Positions 15,929 to 24,379 of a DNA stretch of 32,000 bases are shown here, piece by piece. The notes under the pieces were generated by a model. The model was not told the origin of the DNA, ran no database searches, and worked only from the letters and a program-made list of their open reading frames with translations. This DNA comes from an archaeon (GTDB lineage Archaea > Iainarchaeota > Iainarchaeia > Iainarchaeales > CSSED10-239), in NCBI GenBank assembly GCA_035390665.1, contig DAOOUC010000007.1:12728-44727 (forward strand), read 5' to 3'. Both the position numbers and the translations under genes were made by a program. Within the stretch, counting starts at the first letter, position 1; the number at the start of each line of letters is the position of its first letter.

Positions 15929-17203
15929 TTAAGGAGTTAATCTTTCTGGATCTCTTGGAAGAAGTACTGCTTCTTTGACGTTAGCAAGATTTAACATTAA
16001 TTGTGTGATTCTATCAAGCCCTAAACCGGCACCGCCATGACTTGGAACACCATAACTTAACATCTTAACATAGTAGTCCATGTCTTCTAAGGACATTCCT
16101 TTTTCTAAGATTTGTTCTTTTAGAACAGAAGTTCTATGTTCTCTTTGAGCACCAGTTGATATTTCACAACCTTTCCAAATAAGATCAAAGCTTTTTGTTA
16201 TCTTTAATCCATCTTCTTTCTCGTCTTTACACATATGATAGAATGGTCTTTTAGTGAATGGGAAATCAGTTAAGAAAACAAATTCAGAATTATATTTTTC
16301 TAAAACATAATCTCCAAGCATTTTTTCTCCTTCTGAATCTAAATCTTCTTCAGGAGGATAGTTTTTTCCTTTTGTTTTAAGAATAACTTTTGCTTCTTTC
16401 ATTGTTATTCTTGGAATTTTTTCTGGTATCTTAATTTCAACCTTTAATATTTCAAGTTCTTGTTTACATTCTTTATCTATTTGTGTTAAAGTATATTTTA
16501 ACATTTCTTCAAGAACAACCATTACTTCTTCTGGGTCTTTGATATATCCCATTTCCATATCAATTCCAGTAAATTCAGTTAAATGTCTAGTTGTGTGACT
16601 TTTCTCTGCTCTAAATACTTCTCCAATCTCATAAACTTTATTAAATCCCCCAGCAATCATCATTTGCTTATAAACTTGAGGAGATTGTGAAAGGAATGCT
16701 TTGTTTCCAAAGTAATTTATTTCAAATAATTCTGCTCCGCTTTCTACACCATTACTTACCATTTTAGGAGTGTTCATATTTATGAAACCTTGATTATCAA
16801 AGAAATCAGTAACTGCTCTAACAATCTTTGATCTAACTTTAAATATTGCAAGATTTTCTGGAACTCTTAAGTCCACATATCTGTAGTTGATTCTTGTATC
16901 AAATCCACTTTCAATCTTTCCAGAGATATCGAGAGGAACAGGAGCATCAGAAATGGAAAGAATATCTAAGGTTTCAGGAATCACTTCATAGCCATTCATT
17001 GCTTGTTCAGAATCTTTTTTAGTTCCAGAGACAACAACAACTGATTCTTTAGTAACCTCTTTTGCTTTGTTGAAAAGTTCAGGATTATCTTTCTTAAAGA
17101 AAGTAATTTGTTCTTTCTTGTATTGGTCTCTTAAGATAAAAAACATTAAGTTTCCAAAATTTCTTATCTCTGAGACATAACCTCTTGCTATATATTTTTC
17201 CAT
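15929..17203 (-). CDS. aspS: aspartyl-tRNA synthetase, archaeal/eukaryotic type (class IIb)
   Basis: N-terminal OB fold. Motif 2 region FRAEKSHTTRHLTEFTGIDMEM; motif 3 and C-terminus GGAGLGLDRITQLMLNLANVKEAVLLPRDPERLTP. AAGGTG SD 8 nt upstream. From motifs alone I cannot decide whether it discriminates tRNA-Asp from tRNA-Asn. Confidence 0.9.
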   Translation of the reverse strand: MEKYIARGYVSEIRNFGNLMFFILRDQYKKEQITFFKKDNPELFNKAKEVTKESVVVVSGTKKDSEQAMNGYEVIPETLDILSISDAPVPLDISGKIESGFDTRINYRYVDLRVPENLAIFKVRSKIVRAVTDFFDNQGFINMNTPKMVSNGVESGAELFEINYFGNKAFLSQSPQVYKQMMIAGGFNKVYEIGEVFRAEKSHTTRHLTEFTGIDMEMGYIKDPEEVMVVLEEMLKYTLTQIDKECKQELEILKVEIKIPEKIPRITMKEAKVILKTKGKNYPPEEDLDSEGEKMLGDYVLEKYNSEFVFLTDFPFTKRPFYHMCKDEKEDGLKITKSFDLIWKGCEISTGAQREHRTSVLKEQILEKGMSLEDMDYYVKMLSYGVPSHGGAGLGLDRITQLMLNLANVKEAVLLPRDPERLTP

Positions 17204-17224
17204 TTTCTAACACCTTTATTTTTT

Positions 17225-19162
17225 TTATTTATTTCTAGATATCCTTTTCTCTTTGATTTCTTCATGTAGTTCTTTTATGAACGCTTCAATTTTTTGTTCT
17301 CCAAGTATTTCATTGTCTCTTGTTCTTATGTTTACTGTTTGATTCTTTGCTTCGCTGTCTCCGACTACAAGGATGTAATTGATCTTTGAAAGCTCTGCAT
17401 TTCTTATCTTCTTGTTCATTGTTAAAGCATTATCGTCTATCTCAACACGAAGACCTGCTTCTTTTAATTTCTTAGAAACAAAAGATGCATAGTCATTATG
17501 TCTGTCAGCGATTGGAAGCACAATTACTTGGACAGGAGAGAGCCACAATGGAAACTTTCCTTCAAATTCTTCAACTAAGATTCCTAAAAATCTCTCAACA
17601 CTACCATAGATTGCTCTGTGTATCATTACTGGTCTCATTTTTTCATTATTTGGTCCTTCATAAGTTAAATTAAACTTCTCAGGCATTTGGAAATCAAGTT
17701 GTATTGTTCCACATTGCCAGTCTCTTCCAATTGCATCTTTTAAATGGAAATCAATCTTTGGTCCGTAGAAAGCTCCATCTCCCGGATTAAGCTTGTATTC
17801 TTTACCAAGAGTTTCAAGAACTTCTTTAAGAGTGTCTTCAGCTAAATCCCAAAGTGCTGGATCTCCCATTGCTCCTTCTGGTTTAGTTGAAAGTTCCATG
17901 TGATAAGAAAAACCAAAGACCTTGTAAACTTCGTCAAGAAGATTAATTAAATCAATAATCTCGTCTTTCATTTGATCTCTTGTACAAAATACATGAGCAT
18001 CGTCTTGAGTAAAGCATCTTACTCTAAACATTCCTGAAAGTGCTCCTGAAAGTTCATGTCTATGAACTAATCCAAATTCTCCTGCTCTTATTGGTAAGTC
18101 TCTATAAGAGTATTGATGTGCTTTATAGACTAAAAGATTACCAGGACAGTTCATTGGTTTAACTGCAAAGTCCTGATCATCTATTTTTGTAAAATACATG
18201 TTGTCTTTATAGTGATCCCAATGTCCTGATTGTAACCATAATGATTTGTTTAGAATCATTGGTGTTTTGTTAATCTCATAATTTCTTTCATAAAGTTTTT
18301 CTGTTAAAAACTCAACAAGTTTATTCCATATAATTGTTCCTTTTGTGTGAAAGAAAGGCATACCTGGTGCTTCTTCTTGGAAACTGAAAAGATCTAATTC
18401 TCTTCCAATCTTTCTATGGTCTCTTTTAGCTGCTTCTTCTAATCTAGTTAAGTATTCTTTTAGTTCTGTTGCTGACTGGTAAGATACACCATAGATTCTT
18501 TGTAATTGTTTATTCTTAGCATCTCCTCTCCAGTAGGCTCCTGATGCCTTTAATATTTTGAATGCTTTTATTTTTCCACTTGATGGGATGTGTGGTCCTC
18601 TACAAAGATCAATAAATTCTCCAAGCTTGTAGTAGGATAATTTCTCGCCTTTATCTTTAAGTTCATTTATCATTTCTGTTTTGTAAGGTTGGTTCTTGAA
18701 AAGCTCTAAAGCTTTGTTAAAATCAACTTCATACCTTTCAAACTTAATATCTTCTTTAATAATTTTATTTACTTCTTCTTCTATTTTTTGTAATTCTTCT
18801 TCAGTAAAAGCCCTATTGATATCTACATCATAGTAGAATCCTTCATCAATTGCTGGCCCAATAGCAAATTTAACTTCAGGGAATAATCTTCTAATTGCAA
18901 GAGCCATGATATGTGAAGAACTATGCCAAAAGATTTCCTTACCTTCTTTATCTTTATAAGTTATTACTAAAAAATCTGTGTCTGTGGTAATAGGTGTTTC
19001 TAAGTCTATCAACTTCTGGTTTATTTTAGCAGCCATAGCTACTCTGAGTAGTCCTTCTCCAATATTTTCAAGGATAACTTCCTTTGCTTTTTTTCCTGAT
19101 TCTATTTCTTTAATATTACCATCAGGAAACTTTACATTTATTTTCATTTCTGATTCCTCCAT
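17225..19162 (-). CDS. thrS: threonyl-tRNA synthetase, bacterial-type architecture (TGS + N2 editing + class II core + anticodon-binding)
   Basis: TGS-like N-terminus KINVKFPDGNIKEIESG; editing-domain motif FWHSSSHIMALAIRRLFP; class II core FRVRCFTQDDAHVF and RPVMIHRAIYGSVERF. The start may instead be the second ATG at 19147 (MKINV...), which has GGAGGA 8 nt upstream. Confidence 0.93.
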   Translation of the reverse strand: MEESEMKINVKFPDGNIKEIESGKKAKEVILENIGEGLLRVAMAAKINQKLIDLETPITTDTDFLVITYKDKEGKEIFWHSSSHIMALAIRRLFPEVKFAIGPAIDEGFYYDVDINRAFTEEELQKIEEEVNKIIKEDIKFERYEVDFNKALELFKNQPYKTEMINELKDKGEKLSYYKLGEFIDLCRGPHIPSSGKIKAFKILKASGAYWRGDAKNKQLQRIYGVSYQSATELKEYLTRLEEAAKRDHRKIGRELDLFSFQEEAPGMPFFHTKGTIIWNKLVEFLTEKLYERNYEINKTPMILNKSLWLQSGHWDHYKDNMYFTKIDDQDFAVKPMNCPGNLLVYKAHQYSYRDLPIRAGEFGLVHRHELSGALSGMFRVRCFTQDDAHVFCTRDQMKDEIIDLINLLDEVYKVFGFSYHMELSTKPEGAMGDPALWDLAEDTLKEVLETLGKEYKLNPGDGAFYGPKIDFHLKDAIGRDWQCGTIQLDFQMPEKFNLTYEGPNNEKMRPVMIHRAIYGSVERFLGILVEEFEGKFPLWLSPVQVIVLPIADRHNDYASFVSKKLKEAGLRVEIDDNALTMNKKIRNAELSKINYILVVGDSEAKNQTVNIRTRDNEILGEQKIEAFIKELHEEIKEKRISRNK

Positions 19163-19272
19163 TTTGTTGACACCTAAATTTTCCTATTACCACATAGTTA
19201 ATTTTAGGTAAGGTCTATAATATATTATATAAAACAGAAATAAATATAAATAAACAAGAAAAAGAGAAAAAG

Positions 19273-22200
19273 TTATTGTGGAAGAGGACTTTGAGTATTA
19301 CTTCTCAAGTATGGATAAGTTGTGCTTTCGGTCATATTCCAAATGGTTGAAAAATCCCAACTTGTAAATGTACTTTGTGCTTTCATTTCTGCTGTTGTTT
19401 TTCCAGTTCCTGTTGCACTTGTTGTTTGCCCAGAGGTATTCATATCCCAGAATCCATTAGAGACTGTTATGTATCCTGAACTATATCCAATAAGTCCGCC
19501 TATATTAGATCCACTTCCAAATACTGAACCATTAGAATAACTTCTATATACTGTTGCAGGAAGACCAGATACTTCACTATACATATATCCTACAAGTCCT
19601 CCTACACGACTTAAACCAATTATTGAATTTGTAGAATAACTGTCTTCAATTCTAAATCCGGTAGTAATGTGTCCTGCAATCCCTCCAATATAAGAACTTG
19701 TTCCAGAAACATTTCCTTTAGAATAACAATATGAAATTTTTGCAGTTGTATTGTATGATCCAGATGCCGATCCTATTATTCCTCCTATTTTTTGGTTTCC
19801 AGAAATATTTGAATCAGAATAACTTGTGGTAATTAATCCAGAACCCATATATCCTACAAAACCTCCTACATAATCGTGTGCAGAAATTATTAAATTAGAA
19901 TTACTATATGATATTGTTGCATAATTTGATTTTCCTGCAATTCCCCCAACATAATCATATCCTGTAATATATCCTGTAGTGTTACTTCTTGTAATTAGTC
20001 CATAATTTTGATTACCGGTAATTCCACCAGTATAGTTTTTTCCAATAATGTTTATATCTTCCAAAATTATATCAGATAATTGAGCATATCTATCTGTAGC
20101 TCCAAACAATCCAACATAATCTGTAGCCGAATTATTTATGTAAAGATTATAAATTTTATATCCGTTTCCTTCTAGTCTTCCATTAAATGGACTTGCTAAA
20201 GTTCCAATTGGTGTCCATCCACTTCCTGTGTTATATGGTGAAATATCTAAATCTATGTCATTTGCTAATTTATAATATGCTGTTCTACTTATATCGTTTC
20301 TTATATTATAAAGATCTTCTGCAGTATAAATCATTGTAGGTGTTGGTGGTGCTACTGATGTTGGTGCTGGAGACTGCGTATTATTTATTAAATATGGATA
20401 ACTTGAGCCTTCTGTAATTGCCCAAGGAGAAGTAAAATTATAGGTTGTAAATGTTGCTTGTTGTTTCATTTCTGTAGTAGTTTTTCCTGTTCCTGCTGAA
20501 CTTGTTGTTTGTCCAGAAGTATTTATATCCCAGAAACTATTTGATATTGTTGTGTATCCAGAACTATATCCTATTAATCCTCCAACATTATTATTATATG
20601 ATCCATAAACATATCCTGAAGAATAACTTCTATTTACTGTTGTATAAAGAGATGAAACATCACTATACATATATCCAACAAGCCCACCAGTACGACCTAA
20701 GCCAATTACTGAACTTGTGGAATAACTGTCTTCAATTCTAAATCCAGTAGTTATATGTCCTGCAAGCCCTCCAACATAAGATCCTGTTCCAGAAATATTT
20801 CCTTTAGAATAACAATATGAAATTTTGGCAGTTACATTGTGTGTTCCTGTTGCAGCTCCAACTAATCCACCTACATAATCGTCTCCAGAAATATTTGAAT
20901 CAGAATAGCTTGTCGTAATGGATCCAGTACTTGTATATCCTGAAATTCCACCAACATAGTCTGTTGCAGTAATTGTGGTGCTTGAATGACTTAAAGAAAT
21001 TTCTGCGTAAGAAGAGAGGCCAGTGATTCCTCCGATATAATTTGTTCCAGAAATATTTCCAGTAGTATAACTTCTAGTAACCAACCCGTAATTTTGATAA
21101 CCAGTTATTATTCCAACATAATTTTGTCCTCTAATATTTGCATCTTCAATAATTAAATCTTCAAATCTCGCATACCTATTTGTATATCCAAATAATCCAA
21201 CATAGTCTGTTGTTGGTTTATTGATATATAGATTCCTAATTTTATACCCATTACCATATAATATTCCGGCAAATGCATTAGATGAACTAGTACCTATAGG
21301 TGTCCAGCCTTCTCCTGTGTTATATGGTGAAACATTCAAATCAATGTCGTTTGCTAATTTGTAATAAGCAGTTCTACTTATATCATTTTTCATATTATAA
21401 AGATCTTCTGCAGTATAAATCATAATCGGTGCAGGTGGATCTATTGGTGTTGGTGTAGGAGATTGTGTATTAGTTCTTAAATATGGATAACTTTCTCCTT
21501 CTGTAATATTCCATGTTGTTGTGAAATTTAAAGTAGTATAAGTACTTTGTGATTTCATTTCTGCTGTTGTTTTTCCAGTTCCTGTCGCACTTGTTGTTTG
21601 TCCAGAGGTATTTACATCCCAAAAATTTCCAGTTAAGGTATAATAAGATCCTTTTAATCCAACTAATCCTCCAACATCTGCAGGATAAGATCCTCTAACA
21701 TAACCTGAAGAATAACTGTTTGTTATTGTTGTTTTATAGGACATAGAACTATATGCAGATAAACATCCAACAAGCCCGCCAATTCTATAATTTCCAATAA
21801 CCATTGCTGTAGAATATGAATTATTTACTGCAGTACTGTCTTCCATTATACCTATTAGTCCACCAACATTTAGATTTCCAGTTATTGTTCCATTAGAATA
21901 ACTTGAATTTATTGTTCCTGCAGTAGTAGTTCCTTTTATTTCTCCAATTAATCCACCAACATAATCATTTGCAGTTATTGTTATATCTGATTTACTATTT
22001 GAAACAGTAGCATAGGTCATATATCCTACAAGTCCACCAACATAATTATTTCCGGTAATATTTCCTGTAGCATAATTGGTATTATATGTTCCATAACTAA
22101 TATATCCTGAGAAGATTCCAACATAATTCTGGCCAATAATATTTGCATTTGTTAATCCAAGAGAACTAATATTTACTGCAGAACCATTTGTGTATCCGAA

Positions 22201-23247
22201 TAATCCAACATAATCTGTAGTTGATCTATTGATATATAAATTACTAATTTTTTTACTATTTCCATTAAATGTTCCAGTAAATTTTGTTGATGAATTTCCA
22301 AGTGGAGTCCATCCATTTCCTGTTGTCCATGTAATTTTGTTAGCGGTATCATAATAACTAGAATCGTCACTAAAATTTAAGTCTCTCATTAATGTGTATG
22401 CTCCTGCAAGAGTTGTTGAGTTTGTATCTATATAATCAAGATGTTCAAGATACCATATTTCTCCGTTTGTTGGAATTAAACCAATTCCGTCAGGAACTTC
22501 AGAGACATTTACAATTATTGTATATATTTTTGTACTTTCGTCTTCTGCAGTAACAGTATAATTTACTGGATTTGTAAAATCTTGAGCAACACCTGATTCA
22601 GGACTAATTGTTGCATCTTCAGAAATAACTATTGTTGGTGTAAGATTTGTAATTGTTGTACCATAAGCAAAAGAAAAAGTAATTGTGTTATTATTTATAT
22701 CAATTGTTCCATTAGTATCATTAATTGTAAAATAAATTATTTCTTTTTCTGATGATGATATTATTGGTGGCTCTTCAGTATTTGTATCTTGTCCACCATC
22801 TTCTGTTATATTAGAATTATTATTTAAGATATTAGTTAAGGTTATTTTTTTATTATCCAAAGTCAATAATTCAATTGCTATTTTATTTTCTGGTGGCAAT
22901 TTATTTAAAGAAAGTATTCCTGTTGCTCCAGGGGTAAGAGTAATTGGATTTTCTAATATTACATCTATATTAAAATTAGAATCTTCAGAATTACTTAATA
23001 TTTTATATCCTGTTATTGTCACAGTTTTTTTTGGACTTATATTTTTAAAAGATAAATTAGTGTTTTGTATTTTTGTAGATCCAATTATATAATCATTTGT
23101 TTCTTCAAATATAATTTCACTTTTATCTGTTCCTTTTGTTGTAAAATCTGTTCCCCAAGTTAAAATAATTGTTGTTAATATTACTGCAATAGAAATTAAT
23201 AAAATTACAGAGATAATTGGAGTGATTGCTTTTTTTCTAGTTATCAT
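19273..23247 (-). CDS. giant surface protein: archaeal type IV pilin-like N-terminal domain + Ig-like domain + three tandem GLUG-motif modules
   Basis: N-terminus MITRKKAITPIISVILLISIAVILTTIIL matches the archaeal Pilin_N / class III signal pattern (K-A/G then xSPVIxxVLLIxIxV). There are many YVGGLVG/IGGITG GLUG motifs. Each module ends FWD-x-NTSGQTTSATGTGKTTAEMK...YPYL-x-NTQSP. Confidence 0.88.
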   Translation of the reverse strand: MITRKKAITPIISVILLISIAVILTTIILTWGTDFTTKGTDKSEIIFEETNDYIIGSTKIQNTNLSFKNISPKKTVTITGYKILSNSEDSNFNIDVILENPITLTPGATGILSLNKLPPENKIAIELLTLDNKKITLTNILNNNSNITEDGGQDTNTEEPPIISSSEKEIIYFTINDTNGTIDINNNTITFSFAYGTTITNLTPTIVISEDATISPESGVAQDFTNPVNYTVTAEDESTKIYTIIVNVSEVPDGIGLIPTNGEIWYLEHLDYIDTNSTTLAGAYTLMRDLNFSDDSSYYDTANKITWTTGNGWTPLGNSSTKFTGTFNGNSKKISNLYINRSTTDYVGLFGYTNGSAVNISSLGLTNANIIGQNYVGIFSGYISYGTYNTNYATGNITGNNYVGGLVGYMTYATVSNSKSDITITANDYVGGLIGEIKGTTTAGTINSSYSNGTITGNLNVGGLIGIMEDSTAVNNSYSTAMVIGNYRIGGLVGCLSAYSSMSYKTTITNSYSSGYVRGSYPADVGGLVGLKGSYYTLTGNFWDVNTSGQTTSATGTGKTTAEMKSQSTYTTLNFTTTWNITEGESYPYLRTNTQSPTPTPIDPPAPIMIYTAEDLYNMKNDISRTAYYKLANDIDLNVSPYNTGEGWTPIGTSSSNAFAGILYGNGYKIRNLYINKPTTDYVGLFGYTNRYARFEDLIIEDANIRGQNYVGIITGYQNYGLVTRSYTTGNISGTNYIGGITGLSSYAEISLSHSSTTITATDYVGGISGYTSTGSITTSYSDSNISGDDYVGGLVGAATGTHNVTAKISYCYSKGNISGTGSYVGGLAGHITTGFRIEDSYSTSSVIGLGRTGGLVGYMYSDVSSLYTTVNRSYSSGYVYGSYNNNVGGLIGYSSGYTTISNSFWDINTSGQTTSSAGTGKTTTEMKQQATFTTYNFTSPWAITEGSSYPYLINNTQSPAPTSVAPPTPTMIYTAEDLYNIRNDISRTAYYKLANDIDLDISPYNTGSGWTPIGTLASPFNGRLEGNGYKIYNLYINNSATDYVGLFGATDRYAQLSDIILEDINIIGKNYTGGITGNQNYGLITRSNTTGYITGYDYVGGIAGKSNYATISYSNSNLIISAHDYVGGFVGYMGSGLITTSYSDSNISGNQKIGGIIGSASGSYNTTAKISYCYSKGNVSGTSSYIGGIAGHITTGFRIEDSYSTNSIIGLSRVGGLVGYMYSEVSGLPATVYRSYSNGSVFGSGSNIGGLIGYSSGYITVSNGFWDMNTSGQTTSATGTGKTTAEMKAQSTFTSWDFSTIWNMTESTTYPYLRSNTQSPLPQ
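19276..22470 (-). repeat. three in-frame tandem modules of about 1.08-1.09 kb within the GLUG gene
   Basis: Anchor ATTATAAAGATCTTCTGCAGTATAAATCAT occurs at 20305 and 21394 (offset 1089). Anchor TTTCATTTCT occurs at 19381, 20464 and 21553 (offsets 1083 and 1089). Modules 2 and 3 look about 85% identical at the DNA level by eye; module 1 is more divergent. Confidence 0.85.
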
Positions 23248-23334
23248 TATATAGTCACATTTCTAAAATAATTAGTAATAATAATATAAATACAAATATA
23301 ATATAAATAGTAATGTTAAAAAAAGAAAAAGAAA

Positions 23335-23358
23335 AATTGATTTTTAAAAAAATCAATT
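23335..23358 (-). terminator. AT-only 11-bp inverted repeat (AATTGATTTTT-AA-AAAAATCAATT) downstream of the Zn-ribbon gene
   Basis: Read directly. It lies 29 nt past the stop of 23387..23587 (-) and upstream of the GLUG gene start. The hairpin is weak (all A/T), so any terminator role is speculative. Confidence 0.25.
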
Positions 23359-23386
23359 AAATTGCTTAAGTATTATAGTTCTTACT

Positions 23387-23587
23387 TTATTCATTCTTCA
23401 TACTTATATAACAATCTTTACAATAAACAGGTCTTCCTTCTACTGGTTTGAATGGTACTTCACATTCTTTACCGCATTTAGAACAAACTGTTTTATGCAT
23501 TTCTCTAGGTCCTGTATTTCTACTGAAATTCCCTCTTGAATTTCCTCTGTTATTATCTCTTCTTGGACCTCTATAGTCGTCACTCAT
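23387..23587 (-). CDS. CxxC-x17-CxxC zinc-ribbon protein with Arg/Gly/Asn-rich disordered N-terminus
   Basis: CSKC-GKECEVPFKPVEGRPVY-CKDC has exactly 17 residues between the Cys pairs and a VPF.P...RPVYC core. The N-terminus is RGPRRDNNRGNSRGNFSR. GGAGGA SD upstream. Confidence 0.8.
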   Translation of the reverse strand: MSDDYRGPRRDNNRGNSRGNFSRNTGPREMHKTVCSKCGKECEVPFKPVEGRPVYCKDCYISMKNE

Positions 23588-23865
23588 ACTTTTTTTCTCC
23601 TCCGAAAAACTAACTTATCTTATGTATGAAGAATTTTCTTTATACAATAATAGTATATGTATATCATATACAAACATATCTATGATTAGAAAGGCTTTTA
23701 AAATAGAAGCATTTTTGATTTCTCGAAATTTTTGGTATTTTTTAATAACTGATACAATATATCTTTATTTATTAGTAAAAATTAAAGCAAAAATAACATT
23801 TATTATTTAAATTAGAGTTAAAATAACGCTTTTTGTTATTTTCAGCCATTTTTAAGTATTTTCTA

Positions 23866-23886
23866 AAAAAGAATACCTATATAAAG
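23866..23886 (+). promoter_or_regulatory. BRE/TATA-like promoter of the SRP RNA gene
   Basis: The purine-rich stretch AAAAAGAATA precedes CCTATATAAAG, with the TATA core at 23878-23885. That is about 25-30 nt upstream of the inferred RNA 5' end. Confidence 0.55.
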
Positions 23887-23907
23887 AGTTTTATCCCTAA
23901 TTATATT

Positions 23908-24152
23908 GGACAGACTGGGGGGCTTGCGGTCTCTTGTAACCTGAAATCCGCATATGCAGGGGTTATGCCTAAAGTGAGGGAAATAAGCAATATTTTGTCC
24001 TTTGTAAGGTTGCCGACGATTCGTCCAGTAAGAGTGGATGATTTAGATAATTCTGTGAGGTCCGGAAGGAAGCAGCAGTAAGCTAGACACCCATTGCTTA
24101 TTGGGGCGCGGATCCGAGATCTTATAGAGTTCAACAAGATGTTGGACTGTTT
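23908..24152 (+). ncRNA. signal recognition particle RNA (7S/SRP RNA), compact; boundaries approximate
   Basis: GC-rich island with no credible ORF. 24056-24074 AGGTCCGGAAGGAAGCAGC is identical to the helix 8 core of E. coli 4.5S RNA, including the GGAA tetraloop. There is a 5' Alu-type element TGCGG-TCTCTTGTAACCTGAAAT-CCGCA and a 10-bp helix 5 pairing AATAAGCAAT (23982-91) with ATTGCTTATT (24093-102). The 5' GACAG can pair with the 3' CTGTT, and an oligo-T tract ends the gene. Confidence 0.85.
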
Positions 24153-24379
24153 TTCGAGCTTTAGGTGTCCAATAATGTTTTTCTGTTTCTAAAAAAGTAT
24201 TTTTTTATATATAAAAAAGTAGTATTTAAAAACCTTTTGGTTCATATAGATATAATTGAAATGTATTTTTCCAAGAATAAAGCAAAAGGAGCGTATTATG
24301 AGCTTCTTTTTATTCTTTTAAAGGATTTCTGTTTGAGAAGTTCTATTGTGGAAAAAGGAAAAAATGAGGTGTAAAAAAC

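Noticed and set aside
19322-22370. Antisense ORFs inside the GLUG gene (19322..19540, 20502..20741, 22173..22370), plus similar antisense or off-frame ORFs elsewhere (1151..1375, 5419..5628, 6634..6903, 7485..7679, 9270..9461, 13168..13395, 14595..14795, 17485..17673, 18978..19211, 24343..24561, 24784..24975)
   Set aside because: Each is nested in, or (6634..6903, 18978..19211, 24343..24561) mostly overlaps and runs past one end of, a longer ORF with strong family motifs. All are short with no motifs or RBS, and are expected by chance from codon bias on the opposite strand.
23833-24137. Two mutually overlapping track ORFs (23833..24081 + and 23901..24137 -) in a GC-rich island
   Set aside because: The region carries the SRP RNA helix 8 core, an Alu-type motif and long-range helix 5 pairing. 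The ORFs overlap on opposite strands, have no RBS, and exist only because structured GC-rich RNA lacks stop codons.
23622-24374. Intergenic ORFs 23622..23810 (+) and 24165..24374 (+)
   Set aside because: They lie in extremely AT-rich promoter-like DNA and encode Ile/Phe/Lys/Tyr-rich peptides. They have no SD and no motif, and they flank the SRP RNA gene where promoter and terminator elements are expected.
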